NCBI GenBank assembly: GCA_030141605.1
Contig: JAQGDQ010000446.1
Span: forward strand, 1-64,000
DNA from: Tubiluchus corallicola
Taxonomy: Eukaryota > Animalia > Priapulida
Direction: 5' to 3'
DNA length: 64,000 nucleotides
The notes under the pieces were generated by a model. The model made no database searches. It was not told the origin of the DNA and worked only from the letters and a program-made list of their open reading frames with translations. Shown one piece after another: positions 1 to 13,081 of the stretch; position 1 is the stretch's first letter; every line of letters begins with the position of its first letter. A program made the translations under genes and the position numbers.

Positions 1-584
1 GAGGGGGAGAGAGAGAGAGGAGAGAGATAACTATATACAGATCTTTATTACAGTGAAAACTTGTAAACCTTCTTACTATTTGAAACTGAATTTAAAATCA
101 TTTTTCTACTAGACATTATTGTAACTTTAGTATGTATTAGTGCTATAAGTACGAAAGGCCAAAAGTGACCTGAAATAAAGCATTCCTCGTGTTGAGATTA
201 AAACTTCTTGTAATGTGATGCACTTTTTATTTCATTATAATTTATTGAACCAATTGCTTTTATTAAAAAAAATTAGCCTACTTATTTTTACCTTGTTCCT
301 ATTTTCATTTCTTGGGCTACTGGACTGCAGGAAACATTCTTGAATTGAAAGGTCATTGAAGTTTGTCAAAAAAAACTGCCGCGGAACCGGAAATACCCGA
401 ATCACTTTAATCGGACGCACAATGATAATTCTTCAGACACCATCAACATCAACGTCACGGTCAAGACCAGGAGTATCAGCCTTTTCATTTTACTCGAAGC
501 GCTTTGAAAATACAATGCTGAACTTCTTGTACTTTATTATAAAGGGACATTCAATATCAACTCAACGCCCTGAGTGATTATTAA

Positions 585-1045
585 CCCTTTCATACCCGTT
601 GTATCCCGTGGGATACGAGAATGTTTTCTGCCTTTAGAATTAATGAAATTTTAAAACTGATAGTTATTTGATCTGTTAATAGTTATTTTGATTAAAGCCA
701 ATAATAATAGACTAAAAATGGTGATAAAATGACAAACTAGAAAATCTACATAGCATAAAAAACTGCGCAACGTACAGTACTTTAGAGACGACTTTGTACA
801 GATCAGCATAGCATGCATACTAAATGTCTTAAATACTTTAAAAAATTATCAGCAGTTGCAAAATGAAGCACATTTTATGCTTCCATTGAATCCCAATGTA
901 TCCCGTGGGATACAGGCTATATTTAGCACGCGGGCACAGGTAGAAAAAAAATAATTATTATGTGTAAACAAGATGGACATACTGAACAAAAGTACCGAGC
1001 CAAAAAAATTTTCCCTATTAAAAAAATACTTTGGGACTGAAAGGG
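585..1045 (+). mobile_element. piggyBac-like MITE family A, copy 1
   Basis: TTAA|CCCTTT...TGAAAGGG|TTAA termini; about 460 bp; four similar copies in the window. Confidence 0.85.
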
Positions 1046-1385
1046 TTAAGATATAATGCTAAACTAATTGTACAAATTATTAAGCCAATAAAGGTCAAGC
1101 TATAGGCATTCAGGGTCAAAGGTTAAGGTCATAGTGACACAAGTTTTGGAAGAACGCACACATTCTTCTCACCGGTAGCGGTTTCCGGAATCTAAAAATA
1201 TAAGCTTAAGGAGACGAAATAAATACAAGCATATAAAACGTGGACATCTCATAGATGACTAATCCACAAGGTAAGCTTGTATATAAATGAGGTTTGAAAG
1301 TAAAAAATCTTTAATTTCAGTATCAAAAATGGTCTCTCAACCAAACTTTATAAGGGCAATATCAACAAACAATAATAATGGTGCC

Positions 1386-1772
1386 TGTGGAAGTTGTAAT
1401 TGTACATTTTTTTAGGTGCTGCCATCTATGAACTTATCCTGTTACATTTTACTAGCTAAACTCACCCCCAGTATAATTGATCTCTCCCTATTTTACAGTA
1501 ATGGTTTTTGTGAAGCCAAGTTTGCATAGGTTACCTATACCTATATATACTGCCTGATTTACTTTCTAGTCACTTTTTAACTCTCAGTGTTCAGTGCAGG
1601 ACTGTCTGACTCTCAGTGTTCAGTGCAGGACACTCTCACTCTCAGTGTTCAGTGCAGCAGTCATTATACTCATGTAGTCTAATAAACCCTTTTCTGTGCA
1701 AATATGTAGTATAGTTTTTTTATTCTTGTTCTACAAAGTGAGTGATCTACAACTTTAAACATGACTTTCACA
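1386..1772 (+). mobile_element. Solo LTR family D, copy 1
   Basis: TGTGGAAG...CTTTCACA termini, perfect 5-bp TSD GTGCC, internal TATATA and AATAAA, internal ACTCTCAGTGTTCAGTGCAG tandem repeats; second copy at 62923-63352. Confidence 0.75.
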
Positions 1773-1912
1773 GTGCCTTTGTTCTATTCTGTTCCATAAA
1801 TTCAATAAATTTGTTCTATTCTAGTTTTTGCCGTACGCTGTAGAAAAGCGTTCGAAATATTTACTCTTTTTTCAATCAAGTTTTCTTGACGTAAATAACT
1901 TTTGCATTATAC

Positions 1913-2441
1913 CTAACTGTCCGAGAGAAAGTTTTCCACCATTTGTGTGCAACACGGCCACATTCTGAGCATCGCTGGGATCTAAACGAACCGAAATATC
2001 TTCACCTTCAAAAAAAGGACCAGCCGGATCCAAGCCTGCAGGAATAAAAGCAAAATTATTCTATTTAGCGCAATACACATCTTCTTAAAAGCACGTGGAG
2101 CTTAAAATTGACTTTAGCAAGCTAACCGTCGTTAAACAGGTACCACCAGCTTCTTACAGCTCATTTTACCGCTTCCATATAATTGCAGCCGCTACAGTTC
2201 ATTTTTAGTATAACCTTACTTATTTACTAGCCACACCCTGCAACACACCCCCGCATTACACCACACCACGCCACACCCAGGGCCGGCCTTAAGCATAGGC
2301 AAACTAGGCAACCGCCTAGGGCCTCACCCTCCAGGGGGGCCTCACGCCGAGGTATCATTTTTTTGCTCTCCCTCTCTCTCTCTCTCTCTCCCTTTCTCTC
2401 TCTCTCTCTGTCTCTCTCCCTCTCCCCCCTCTCTCTCTCTC

Positions 2442-2475
<34 letters not shown>

Positions 2476-3689
2476 GCTCTCTCTCTCTCTCGTAAATTGC
2501 GTAATATTATTTTTTTCGTATTTATTTTTTATTTGCGGTAAATAATATCGTAATAGCGGCCCTGCCACACCCTCCATACTACACCATGCCACACCAAAAC
2601 CAGCACCACATTACATGGTGATGATGACGACGACGACATTGACGACTTCCACAACATCAACATCAACAAAGCGAAAACTGTGTTGCTAATGGAACCTTCT
2701 AGAGTGACTAGACATTCTTTTCCTTGTAGACCGTTTTCTGCTCTTTCTGGGAATATGAACGTTTTTTTCCCAAAATGCCAAACAATTGCATAATCTGAAT
2801 TTTTCTGGAGGCTGTTTGTGTACTTTTCTGCAAAATTTGGACAACTGAATCTGAGAAAAGCCTGTTGCGAGACGGGTGGCCCTCCACGCCTTTAAATACT
2901 ACCACTAAAAAGGTACCTTTTGTTTGTTATACAAATTGCCGAAAATGGTGCCATCGTTGGAGGTGTAGCCTCGAGCCGAATCTTATATATAAATGTATTA
3001 ACCCCATACCACCATACCACCGAAATCAATTATAAAATATTAACCCTTTGATACCCGTTGTATCCCGTGGTATACAAGAATATTTTCTGCCTTCAAATAT
3101 AATAAAATTTTAAAACTGACAGTTATTTGATCTGTTAATAGTTATTTTGATTTAAGCTAATAACAATAGACTAAAAATGGCGATAAAATAGCAAACTACA
3201 AAATCTACATAGCATAAAAAAACTGCGCAAGGTACAGTACTTTACTTCGACCTTTGTACAGATCAGCATAGCATGCATACTAAATGTCTTAAATACTTTA
3301 AAAAATTATCAGCAGTTGCAAAAAGGAAGCACATTTTATGCTCCCATTGAATCCCAATGTATCCGTGGGATAAGGCTATATTTACCACGCGGGCACAGGT
3401 AGAAAAAAATAATTATTATGTGTAAACAAGCTGGACACACTGAACAAAAGTACTAAATCAAAAAAAAATTTCTTATAAAAAAATAATTTGGGACTGAAAG
3501 GGTTAATAATAATAGATATAATAATAATAATAATAGAGATTATATATATATTATTTATAATAAATATTGTTATATATATATATATAATATAATATAATAT
3601 AAAATAATAACTTCGTACACCAGTGTAATACTTTAGGGTTCACCACAGTCAAACTGCTACGTCAAAGTTTTTGTTAAAGTGACTGTTAA

Positions 3690-3774
<85 letters not shown>

Positions 3775-6701
3775 CCTATAACACCAAAATTAATTGGTTT
3801 TATACTTTTAAAGTATCATCATTACATGGCCATACCGATAATTTTGCCCAGTCCAGGCAAACGCTCCCCTGCATATCCAGCCACTTGAGCACCAAGACTG
3901 AAACCAATTAGAGTGACGTCGCTGTTTTGTAATCCCTTCCATTGCCCAAGCCTGTTAACTAGCAAGGCAATTTCAGCACCTACAATTCTACAGTTTGCTG
4001 CAGCTTGAAAGTAGTTGGGTTGCCTGGCTCCTTTTTCCCAGTCAACTACTATGAAGTTAACAGCTTCCTAAATATATATATAGAAAACTTAGAATTCTTC
4101 GCGGTTACCCTAGTACAGGGGTGTGCAAATTGCGGCCCGCGAAGAGATTTGTCAACCTAATGAAAGTGCGGCCCGGGCGATTAATTGAGTGTATCCAGCT
4201 GAAGTCCGTGCCACGATCCCAAAGATAATGCAGGTAGTTTTTTCTACTAGATCGGATGCCATTAACCCTTACAAGACGGTTGTAGCTTAATGTCACTGTA
4301 CTACACAGACTGTGTGATACACATTACTAATATGCATTGTAATGAAATTACCACTATCTGTCCTGAAAGTAGAAATATATGGTTTGTAATATAAATTTTA
4401 ATAACTTCTAAAATAGTTTCTCGAGTGTAGTAGTAATGATGTACGCAGGTCGGATGCAAAAAAGTCGTTATTAGGCCTTACTGTACTTGGTTCCTTGATC
4501 AAACTGCCTGTGGCCCACAGGAATTGCAGGAATGTTTAATGTGGCCCGGCTGGTCAGACAATTTGCACACCCCTGACCTAGTACTTGTTTTCTTGAAAGT
4601 AGCAATCACTTCGTACACCAGTGTAATACTTTAGGGTGTAGTTTCACCACAGTTGCACTGCAACGTCAAAGTTTTAGTTAAACGAAAGTTCCAAGCAGTC
4701 CACGCCTGAGACAAAATGATTTTTTCCATTCAAATGACACCTACTGTGACTGTTAATGATAATATCCGACAATTTTTAAAGTCGCGCATTAAAAAAAGCA
4801 ACGTTTTACCTGTTTTTTGTAATTTTGCCTTTTAATACTAACACTTCTTGGTTTCAATTTTGAAACACTGGGTTTTGAACAGTGTTGTCTATACGAATAC
4901 AAAAACTTTGCTTTTTCAATATACTTATTATTGTTGGATATTAAATTTTAATACAATTTTTAGTCGTAGAACTAATTATGTTTTAAGGTCACTATAGATT
5001 AGTGTTTAAATGTTATAAGATCAAGAGCAGTTTACCTTGCGCAGAGTTTCCTGAACAACAGGGTTTATCCAATCTTCCTCACTACTTTCGGTGAAACCGT
5101 GTATCAAAAATTTGGTCTTCCGTTGTTGATTATAATTTGAATTCGATACAGTTTGCTCATCTAAATAATGTATTTCTTCGGGAGTTCCCTGCCCGTATCT
5201 TGTGTAAAGCAAAAACTTGGTTTCCAAAAAGTCGGGGTCTTCCGGAACTAAGCAACCCACATTGTCGTATGGTTTTTTGTTGTCGAAGCAACCCAAATCA
5301 CCATGACACACCTTTATAATTATAAAAGGAATTAACATCAAATAGTAATAGCATGTAATTGAAATAAAAGCTTATTTGAAACTGGGTTAATTATGATATT
5401 AAACCAGAACAGCACACATTACATCTAACAAAGCCAGTTACCCTCGTACGCAATAAGTTCGGCATACCAATTTTCTTAGGCACATCTCAAGAAATACATT
5501 GGAACAAGGACTAGTCTTGTTTTGAATTTCTGAAAAGTAATGACATTAAAATATGTCAACAAATTCAAACCTATTCTACCACATTAATACTGGGCTGCAG
5601 GGCTGTGATGAGATGAAGTGTAATGCTGGCAGGGGGACACAGTAAACTTCTCAGGTGTGCGTGTGAACGTGGCTATATCTGGCACATAGACTCCTATTCT
5701 GACCTTGTGTTAGTAAAAGCCACTAGTCACGTGCACACCTGAGCTTATAAAAGGGAAGGTCTACTGTAGACCCTTGTCAGTGGTCGTGTCTTTCATTGCA
5801 GCTCTGTTCACATTTCACAGGCTTTGCCACGAACTCCGTTCTTTTAGGTAAGCTATTTGTTCCTTATTGGGGGTGTAATATTTAGTAATAAACTGTCATT
5901 TCGACTTTATTATTCGGGTTCTGTGTAGGCCGCGGTGCCATCCGTCCTGCCTCCGTTAAAAGCGGACAGCAGTCCAATACCATAAAACATCCAAAAAATT
6001 ACGAGAAATGCAAGCATATTCTTATTTTAAATTTCTGAAAAGTAATGACATTAAAATATGTCAACAAATTCAAACCTATCATACCACATTAATACTTATA
6101 CTCAACTCCTTCAATAGTAACTAGCATAATCAGTTATTACAGTTTTACGATTCGAATTTAATTTGTTTTTATTTTACTGACCGTTTCTGTTTTGCAGTGC
6201 TGGCTTGCCTCTTCCAATGCCAACATCAAGAAGCGGTAGACACCGTCAGCTGCGGCATATGTGGCCTCTTCTAACAATTTTTCTGTAATCCCTGCTTCCG
6301 TGTGTTTGAAATTCACTACTCCCAACCAAACTAAAACAAGTATTAAAACCTTACGATAGTTTTTTGGCTGGGATCTATACTGTAAAATCACTCATCTATC
6401 TGGTAGGGTAAACAAAAGCTATATAATGTACGGTCGCGTTTCAGGTAAAAAGGTAGTCACTTGCAATAGAGAAATTTGTCTGGTAAACCACAACTATGAT
6501 ATTGCACTTAACGTATTTACTTCAAGACATCTTTGTTTTTAAAAGTGTCAGATTTTTTTATTAATAATGTTGAGAGCAATTTTTAAATAAATTAATCATC
6601 TTGAAAGCCTTAGAAGCCAGGTTTTATTAATTACAAAAAGATAGTTTTCAGCAGTTAGCATACTTACCAACTAGATAGATTAACTTTGTGAACGAAGCCA
6701 T
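1913..6701 (-). CDS. Secreted pancreatic-lipase-family (triacylglycerol lipase/phospholipase A1-like) gene, 3' part beyond left edge; coding exons 6701-6668, 6330-6182, 5311-5036, 4067-3836, 2035-1913
   Basis: GT/AG-bounded exons splice in frame (phases 1,0,0,1,1). Product: MASFTKLIYLVVWLGVVNFKHTEA (signal-like)...VCHGDLGCFDNKKPY...TKFLLYTR...TKFLIHGF...NFIVVDWEKGA...YFQAAANCRIVGAEIA...LIGFSLGAQVAGYAG...IIGLDPAGPFFE...RLDPSDAQNVAVLHTNGG. This includes the GxSxG nucleophile elbow and the catalytic Asp motif. The His-bearing exons were not found in 1-1912. Confidence 0.9.
2278..2564 (+). mobile_element. TIR MITE family C carrying a (CT)n microsatellite, copy 1
   Basis: CAGGGCCG...CGGCCCTG termini flanked by 7-bp direct repeat CCACACC; homologous to 9982-10471. 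Confidence 0.75.
2708..2992 (-). repeat. Dispersed repeat, possibly Helitron-like, related to 26220-26690
   Basis: Shares blocks (TTTTCTG.AGGCTGTTTG; AAATGGTGCC..CGT/CATCG...TGTAGCCTCGA...AATCTTATATATA) with 26220-26690; ends CTAG|T on the minus strand. Confidence 0.4.
3044..3502 (+). mobile_element. piggyBac-like MITE family A, copy 2
   Basis: TTAA|CCCTTT...AAAGGG|TTAA; similar to 585-1045. Confidence 0.85.
3692..3770. repeat. (AT)n microsatellite
   Basis: Long pure TA run in a lipase intron. Confidence 0.95.
4116..4575 (+). mobile_element. hAT-like MITE family B, copy 1
   Basis: TIR CAGGGGTGTGCAAAT...ATTTGCACACCCCTG; 8-bp TSD CCCTAGTA/ACCTAGTA (7 of 8 match). Confidence 0.85.
5588..5979 (+). 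mobile_element. LTR-like/TIR dispersed repeat family E, copy 1
   Basis: About 390 bp, similar to 34689-35083; short inverted ends TACTGGGCTGC/GCAGTCCAATA; internal TATAAAA and AATAAA. Confidence 0.6.
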
Positions 6702-6970
6702 TCTCAACTTTAATAATTTTGCTTTTTCGTTCTCTTTTATAAGCACTAAAAGAAAATGTTTAGAAAGCGTGTAGTGATACAGCAGTCATTATTACAAGTT
6801 GTTGCCCTATCATGTCTTACAATTTGTTTTACAAATAAAGACAAAAAGTCGAATAAATAAATTTGATGTAAAGAGTGTGCATTGCATATTTCATTCCAAG
6901 GCTACTTATAATATTTTTACAACGATATGTGTAGCCAGTAGGTAATTATTTATTTAAGAATTCAATTTAA

Positions 6971-7426
6971 CCCTTTCATACGCGTTGTATCCCGTGGGAT
7001 ACGAGAATATTTTCTGCCTTTAAAATTAATAAAATTTTAAAACTGACAATTATTTGATCTGTTAATAGTTATTTTGATTTAAGCCAATAACAATAGACTA
7101 AAAATGATGATAAAATGGCAAACTAGAACATCTACGTAGCATAAAAAACTGCGCAAGGTACAGAACTTTAGAGACGACTTTGTACAGATCAGCATAGCGT
7201 GCATACTAAATGTCTTAAATACTTTAAAAAATTATCAGCAGTTGCAAAATGAAGCACATTTTATGCTTCCATTGAATCCCAATGTATCCAGTGTGATACA
7301 GGCTATATTTAGCACACGGGCACAGGCAGAAAAATAATTATTATGTGTAAACAAGATGGACATACTGAACAAAAGTACCAAGCCAAAAATGTTTCTTATT
7401 AAAAAATTAATTTGGGACTGAAAGGG
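6971..7426 (+). mobile_element. piggyBac-like MITE family A, copy 3 (just upstream of the lipase ATG)
   Basis: TTAA|CCCTTTCA...TGAAAGGG|TTAA. Confidence 0.85.
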
Positions 7427-8183
7427 TTAATTTTTACGACATTCAGCCATGGCCAAGATTAATTTGAGACATTTGTGTAAAAAATAAAAACTATAACACA
7501 CAAATTAACGTCTATCGAAAAAGAAATGTTGATGTGCTTACCTTATACCGTTTTATGCTACCGTTTTTTGCTTCTTTGACAATCTCTCAATCATTTCACC
7601 TTTTAAGACACATTCGATTAGCATTCCACTGAAGTGCGCAGGCGCAGTACAAGGAAGAACAAAGTAATAGCAATTATAAGTGAATTGTAATGATAATGGT
7701 TGAGCCTGCTGCTCCAAACAGCATTAATGGAACCTTTTATACTTCTACCAGCATCGTTCCCCTATTTTCCTACATTATCTTTACCATTATCGTTAAATTA
7801 TCGCGGCACTAAAGAGTCTAAATGTGATAAGACATTTGTTTGAGAAACCTCTTAGCACTAACTCTCCAATCTAATTAATGAAATGGGCCTAATGTATCTT
7901 GCTGAATTTTTATTGGATAAGCAGAAAAATTAAAAAATAACCTGAAAACGAAAAAAAGTACAACTAGTGTCCCGAGCAATGTGGGTTTTTCTGTAAATGA
8001 CTCGCATAAGGATGCTGTGTGCAGACCGTGACGAAGCAAGGTGTGTTTAACTGATCTTCCGGGAACTAAGCTAATTCATGCAGCCTTAGTGGTAAACAAG
8101 AATTGCACTTATATTTGAACTAAATTATCCCGTCTCGTGCTCGTACTAAGTGTAAAAAGACAGGAGCGCAAGGGGATTTGCGT

Positions 8184-8625
8184 GAGAACCCAGTCATCTA
8201 CCCCCGCCCCTGACTCCATAAAAGGATTAAAAATGATTTTTTTTTAAAAAAAAATGTAATGTAATACGTGTTATGTTAGTTTTGTAATGTCAAATGTATA
8301 AATTGTGTAAATATAATGAGTGAAATTTATGTAATGTAAAGCATGTTTCTGTTAATTGTGTCATGTCAAATGTATATATAGTGTAAAATATGTCATGTAA
8401 AATTTAATGTACTTTTGTAATGTTGTTTTGTAAAAATATTTTAATATGGTGTTTGTAAATATGTTCATTTATTGTATATAGTTTTGCACTTTGGTTTTTT
8501 TTTTATAGTATGCACTGGACGCATTTGTCTTGAACAGTGTTGTTATTTTAACATTACGCTGAGGCTTACTCAATTTTATTATAATGAGCGAACCATTTTA
8601 AAGACAAATAAAGAATTAATATATG
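8184..8625 (+). repeat. Dispersed repeat (probable LINE 3' UTR), inverted copy at 47965-48412
   Basis: GAGAACCCAGTCATCTACCCCCGCCCCTGACTCC...AATAAAGAATTAATATAT matches the reverse complement at about 47965-48412; ends in AATAAA plus an (AT)n tail. Confidence 0.6.
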
Positions 8626-9039
8626 TATATATATTTGTGCATCTAAAGAAGAAAAAGTAGGCATAGTTAAAACACTTATTTGAATCAAAATAAGACAAAG
8701 ACTTGATCCTGAAAAATACCAATAAACTAAAAAACCAAGTCTTTATGCAACAGGAGCGCGCTAAACAGGAACACCTGGCACAGGAACACAAGAACAGAAT
8801 CATTATTGTTAACACAACTGGAAAAGACCGGTTGTAGTTGAAATGTCAGCGAGTCGCTCTTCGTGCACAATACGTGCGAGTCGCTCTTGTCAATTACGCA
8901 TTATAAATTGGATATTGTTAGCGTTGTTAAGACTCCTTATGTGGGTTTACCTGTCTTAGAATAACCGGTCTCGACCAAATTGGCATAGGTTGTTTAGCCA
9001 GAACAACTCTTTTTTCTTATTTTAGCGCAACCGTTTTAA

Positions 9040-9763
9040 CCCTTAGCCGACCAATGGGTTCTTGTATTACAATAATGACCAAGGGGGGTAAAAAATTACC
9101 CACTGAAAGCTTTGCTTGATATGTGTTATTACATGGACAGAATGACCAACTGGTAACTGAGGTGCTCCTATTAGTACAAAATCAAGTTCTGTGGCAAGTT
9201 GGCATAGATATTATAAGGGCACTAAGGATAATAAGAGGCTCTCCACCATTGCACTATAATGTTTACGCTCGGTTTTTCAAGTCTTGTGAAAATTTCTGTA
9301 ATAGCCTAACGATGTTCACTGTTTAATTCTGAGACACCCACTCGGTCTTCGCTTGCTGGATCTTCTGAAATTTCATCTTCTTCAGCTTCAAGCTTAATCA
9401 CCTGTACAGCTAAAGCTCCCAGCATATTACTAAATGAAGACTGTCCACAAACTTTACCCAGAATGTACGCAGAACTGTAGGCCGAATTAGAGGTTTGCAG
9501 CATTTTTATGATAAAAGTAAACACATGGTGCTGACAGAAAGAAAAATACTGCAACGTGAATTCCGAAATTTTGCTTACATAAAAGACTGAATAAAGTAAA
9601 AAAGCATTAATAATACTTTTCAACAAAACCAACATATGGTTTCATAACGAATCGAAAAAATTTAATCACTACTAGTTTGAAAACGTTTCGTTGTCTGCAT
9701 CAATATGAAAATGTGAGCAAACACTGCGGGGTAATTTTTCACCCCATCTTGTTCGGCTAAGGG
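9040..9763. mobile_element. Non-autonomous piggyBac-like element (second family)
   Basis: TTAA|CCCTTAGCCGACCAA...TTGTTCGGCTAAGGG|TTAA plus subterminal inverted repeats GGGGTAAAAAATTACCC/GGGTAATTTTTCACCCC. Confidence 0.8.
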
Positions 9764-9981
9764 TTAAACAATTTTAAGTATGGTATCACTTGGTTGAAGT
9801 TTGTTTCCCGTAAAAATTTAGTTTCTCTATTAGCGTTTTTAACCTTTTCCCTATTACGCAGTCCAAAATTGCACCAAAATTTTATAATTTACTTGACCAA
9901 ATTTGTAAGTGTAAAAAAAATTCCTGTGCTTTATACGTGTGTGGGGGTTTCAAGCACGGACGATAGCGTTCATGCAGTGTT

Positions 9982-10093
9982 CAGGGCCGGCCTTAAGCAT
10001 AGGCATACTGGGCAACCGCCTAGGGCCTCACACTCCAGGGGGCCTCACGCTGAGGTAACATTTTTTTTGCTTTATGTGAACATGCTGTCTCTC

Positions 10094-10179
<86 letters not shown>

Positions 10180-10255
10180 TCCCTCTCTCTCTCTTTCTCT
10201 CTCTTTCTCCCTGTTTCTCGTTCTCTCTCGGTGTTTCTCTCTCTCTCTTCCTCCC

Positions 10256-10296
<41 letters not shown>

Positions 10297-10317
10297 CTTC
10301 CTCTCTCTCTCTCTCTC

Positions 10318-10356
<39 letters not shown>

Positions 10357-10471
10357 CTCTGGTAAATTGCGTAATTTTATTTTTTTCGTATTTATTTTTT
10401 ATTTTTCTATTTCATTTGGGGCCACCAAATTCACTTCGCCTAGGGCCTACAATTACCTAAGGCCGGCCCTG
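9982..10471 (+). mobile_element. TIR MITE family C with long (CT)n, copy 2
   Basis: CAGGGCCGGCCTTA...TAAGGCCGGCCCTG, 7-bp direct repeat CAGTGTT on both sides. Confidence 0.8.
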
Positions 10472-11757
10472 CAGTGTTCTACACCTTACTTTACTGAGTT
10501 GTTAAATTATTTTCAAATGCGCAGTAAATGTAAATTATTAAAAACAGTCGTGCAACGTTAGATAAATGAGGGGTTGTGCTTTATTAAAGAAAATTGAACA
10601 CACATTTTTACTACAACAAAAACGTTAGCCATGTTTTTCCGTTAAAGATTTTGCATGTGAGCATTCTAGCTACATTAATGATATGAGAATGATAATTTGG
10701 AACGTCAAATTTTCTGGCGGTTAAATTTTTATTTTATTACAAAAATAACGTACCTTGCAAATTAATATGTGCACTCCTTTTCTGTCCAATGTTTTTCTAC
10801 TTTGTTAGCAAAAATTACAGCTAAGTTACTGGGAAGAGCGAAATGCTGGAATGGTAGCGGTTTATATAACCTACTGTCTATAAAACCCTAATGTTTGAGA
10901 TCCTGTTGTGGTTCTAGAAATACCGTCCAATAAGTTTTATGAAACGTTAATCCTGTCACGAAGCTAGCCTCTGGACACGCAATATATGTCGCGCAGTTCG
11001 CTTTAATTACTTTGCGTTGATTAACTTGACTTTTAAATATTACATTGTGCCTTCTTGCTCATTTCTTCATCTCATTACCCCCTTTTTAGGCTTGTTATAG
11101 CATTGATATAGCTTAAATTTCCCTCTAATCTTACTGTACTTATTTGCTTCTGAATTACCTTTTACATTAATAGTGTTCTAGTTTTCTGTATTTAAGCTGT
11201 GTACGACAGGTCTGCTTCGAACATTTAGACCTGTGGGCTAGCCAGGCTATGTTCCGCTGTGTTTTAGTGTAGTGGTTTTCAGTATTGATAATTATGTTAT
11301 TTGATTCAGTGATTGTACTTGCTAGTATAGATGTTATAATATAATTCCTCGTGACTTGTTAATGATTGTTTTTTTATTTGATTGAAAAAGTTCACAGGCT
11401 TAATAATTGTGGGCAAAGTTTAATTTCAGTAACAGCTCTCCCACCTATTTCATTATCCACACATAAACGCTCAAACAAAAGATGTGCGTTAACCTGGCCG
11501 AATGGCAACCGGACCCAGAAAGGTCAAATTTGCACAATTACGCTTTCAAAGAAGCCAGATTTTGAATCAAGAAAGAATAAAGTAAATCACGTTTGGTGAA
11601 CGAAACCAGGGCAAAGGTTTGCAAATTAATTATTGAAGTGGATTAGGGTTAGGGTTCGGGGTTAGGGTTAGGGCTAAGGCTAGGGCTACAGTGAACGGAA
11701 CCGTAAACTCCATCCGAAATCAGTAAACAAAAAATGTTTTTTGCTAACAGAATAATA

Positions 11758-12065
11758 TAGGTTTTACAAGTCAAATGTAGACCTACATTAAGTCAAATGT
11801 AGATTTAGGTAATTCAAATGTGTCTTGGTAACTCAAATATAGACTTAGGCAGTTCAAATGTGTTAAGAATGGTTTTCAACAAATCTTAAGTGTTTTTGGT
11901 AAGTCAAATGTAGACACATGTCAAGTCAAATGTCCTATGTCTACATTTGACTTACCTAAGTCACACTTGAGTTACCAAAACACATTCGAAATTCCTATGT
12001 CTACATTTGACTTACCTAAGTCACATTTGAACTTTCCTGTGTCTACATTTGACGTGTAAAACCTA
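11758..12065. mobile_element. TA-TSD MITE built from GTCAAATGTAGAC/ACTTAGGTAA tandem units, copy 1
   Basis: TIR TAGGTTTTACA...TGTAAAACCTA; the empty site AATAA-TA-TTAC is visible in the paralogous segment at about 26009-26019. Confidence 0.8.
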
Positions 12066-12574
12066 TATTACAATTAATTACAACAGCATTACCAATGCAA
12101 TAGCTTTACTGCAATTAAAATACCAGTTTAACAATAATAGTACCACAACAGCATAACAATATACGTTATGTCACAATAACCATATTAAGACAATAACAGA
12201 ACAACAGAACAACAAGAAATCTCCAGCTCTACATACAATTAACCATGTGGTATGAGAAATTACATCTTATAACATACGTTAACAATGCAGTATAAGAAAC
12301 TGCTTAACCTATTATATTAAACTGTACAGGCCTATCATTTGTGGTTATGCTGGTAATAGGATAATAGAAAGGTCGTTAAGACCCACCCTGCCAGAGTTCA
12401 TTAGAAGTGGAGCGAAGTGGGACTAACAGACACAAAGGAAATCCCGTGAGGATTTCGTTTTGAGGAAAAAACAACTAAACATCAACTTTGTCGTCTTTTT
12501 TGTTTACGTGGCAAAAAAAGCTCCTTGCATTGTGAACGTGAGCGGGCGTGTATGATGAATAAGAGTGTGTATTA

Positions 12575-13081
12575 TAGGTTTTACACGTCAACTGTAGACC
12601 CAGGAAAGTTCAAATGTGACTTAGGTAAGTCAAATGTAGACATAGGAATTTCGAATGTGTTTTGGCAACTCAAATGTGACTTAGGTAAGTCAAATGTACA
12701 TGCAATACTTTGAATAAATGAATAAATCTGTAATTAAGTTATTTAAGTGCAAATTAGAAAAAGCTAAACTACAGATAATGCATCTATTACAAGGCCTATA
12801 ACGTTGTTATTTTAACTTAGGAGCAATTATTAAATTGAAATTAAAGAAGATTAAATTTAACGTCCTTAAACTTTACCACCTATCCACATTTGAGATACCA
12901 ATGTCAGATTCGACTTGACATGTGTCTACATTTGACTTACCAAAAACACTTAAGATTTGTTGAAAACCATTGTTAACACATTTGAATTACCTAAGTCTAC
13001 ATTTGAGTTACCAAGACACATTTGAATTACCTAAGTCTACATTTGAGTTAACGCACGTCTACATTTGATATGTAAAACCTA
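12575..13081. mobile_element. TA-TSD MITE, copy 2 (with an internal ~200-bp insert)
   Basis: TA|TAGGTTTTACA...TGTAAAACCTA|TA; same internal tandem units. Confidence 0.75.

Noticed and set aside
2227-2592. ORFs rich in ER/LS repeats (also 9794-10561)
   Set aside because: Translations of (CT)n microsatellites inside MITEs
4105-4296. Recurring 63-71 aa ORF MTLSYN... (also 37419, 53178)
   Set aside because: GTG-started chance ORF inside the family B MITE; the recurrence reflects the repeat
11770-13075. CRISPR-like regularly spaced repeats (also 27686-27875)
   Set aside because: No unique spacers, no cas genes, eukaryotic context; these are MITE subrepeats and a minisatellite
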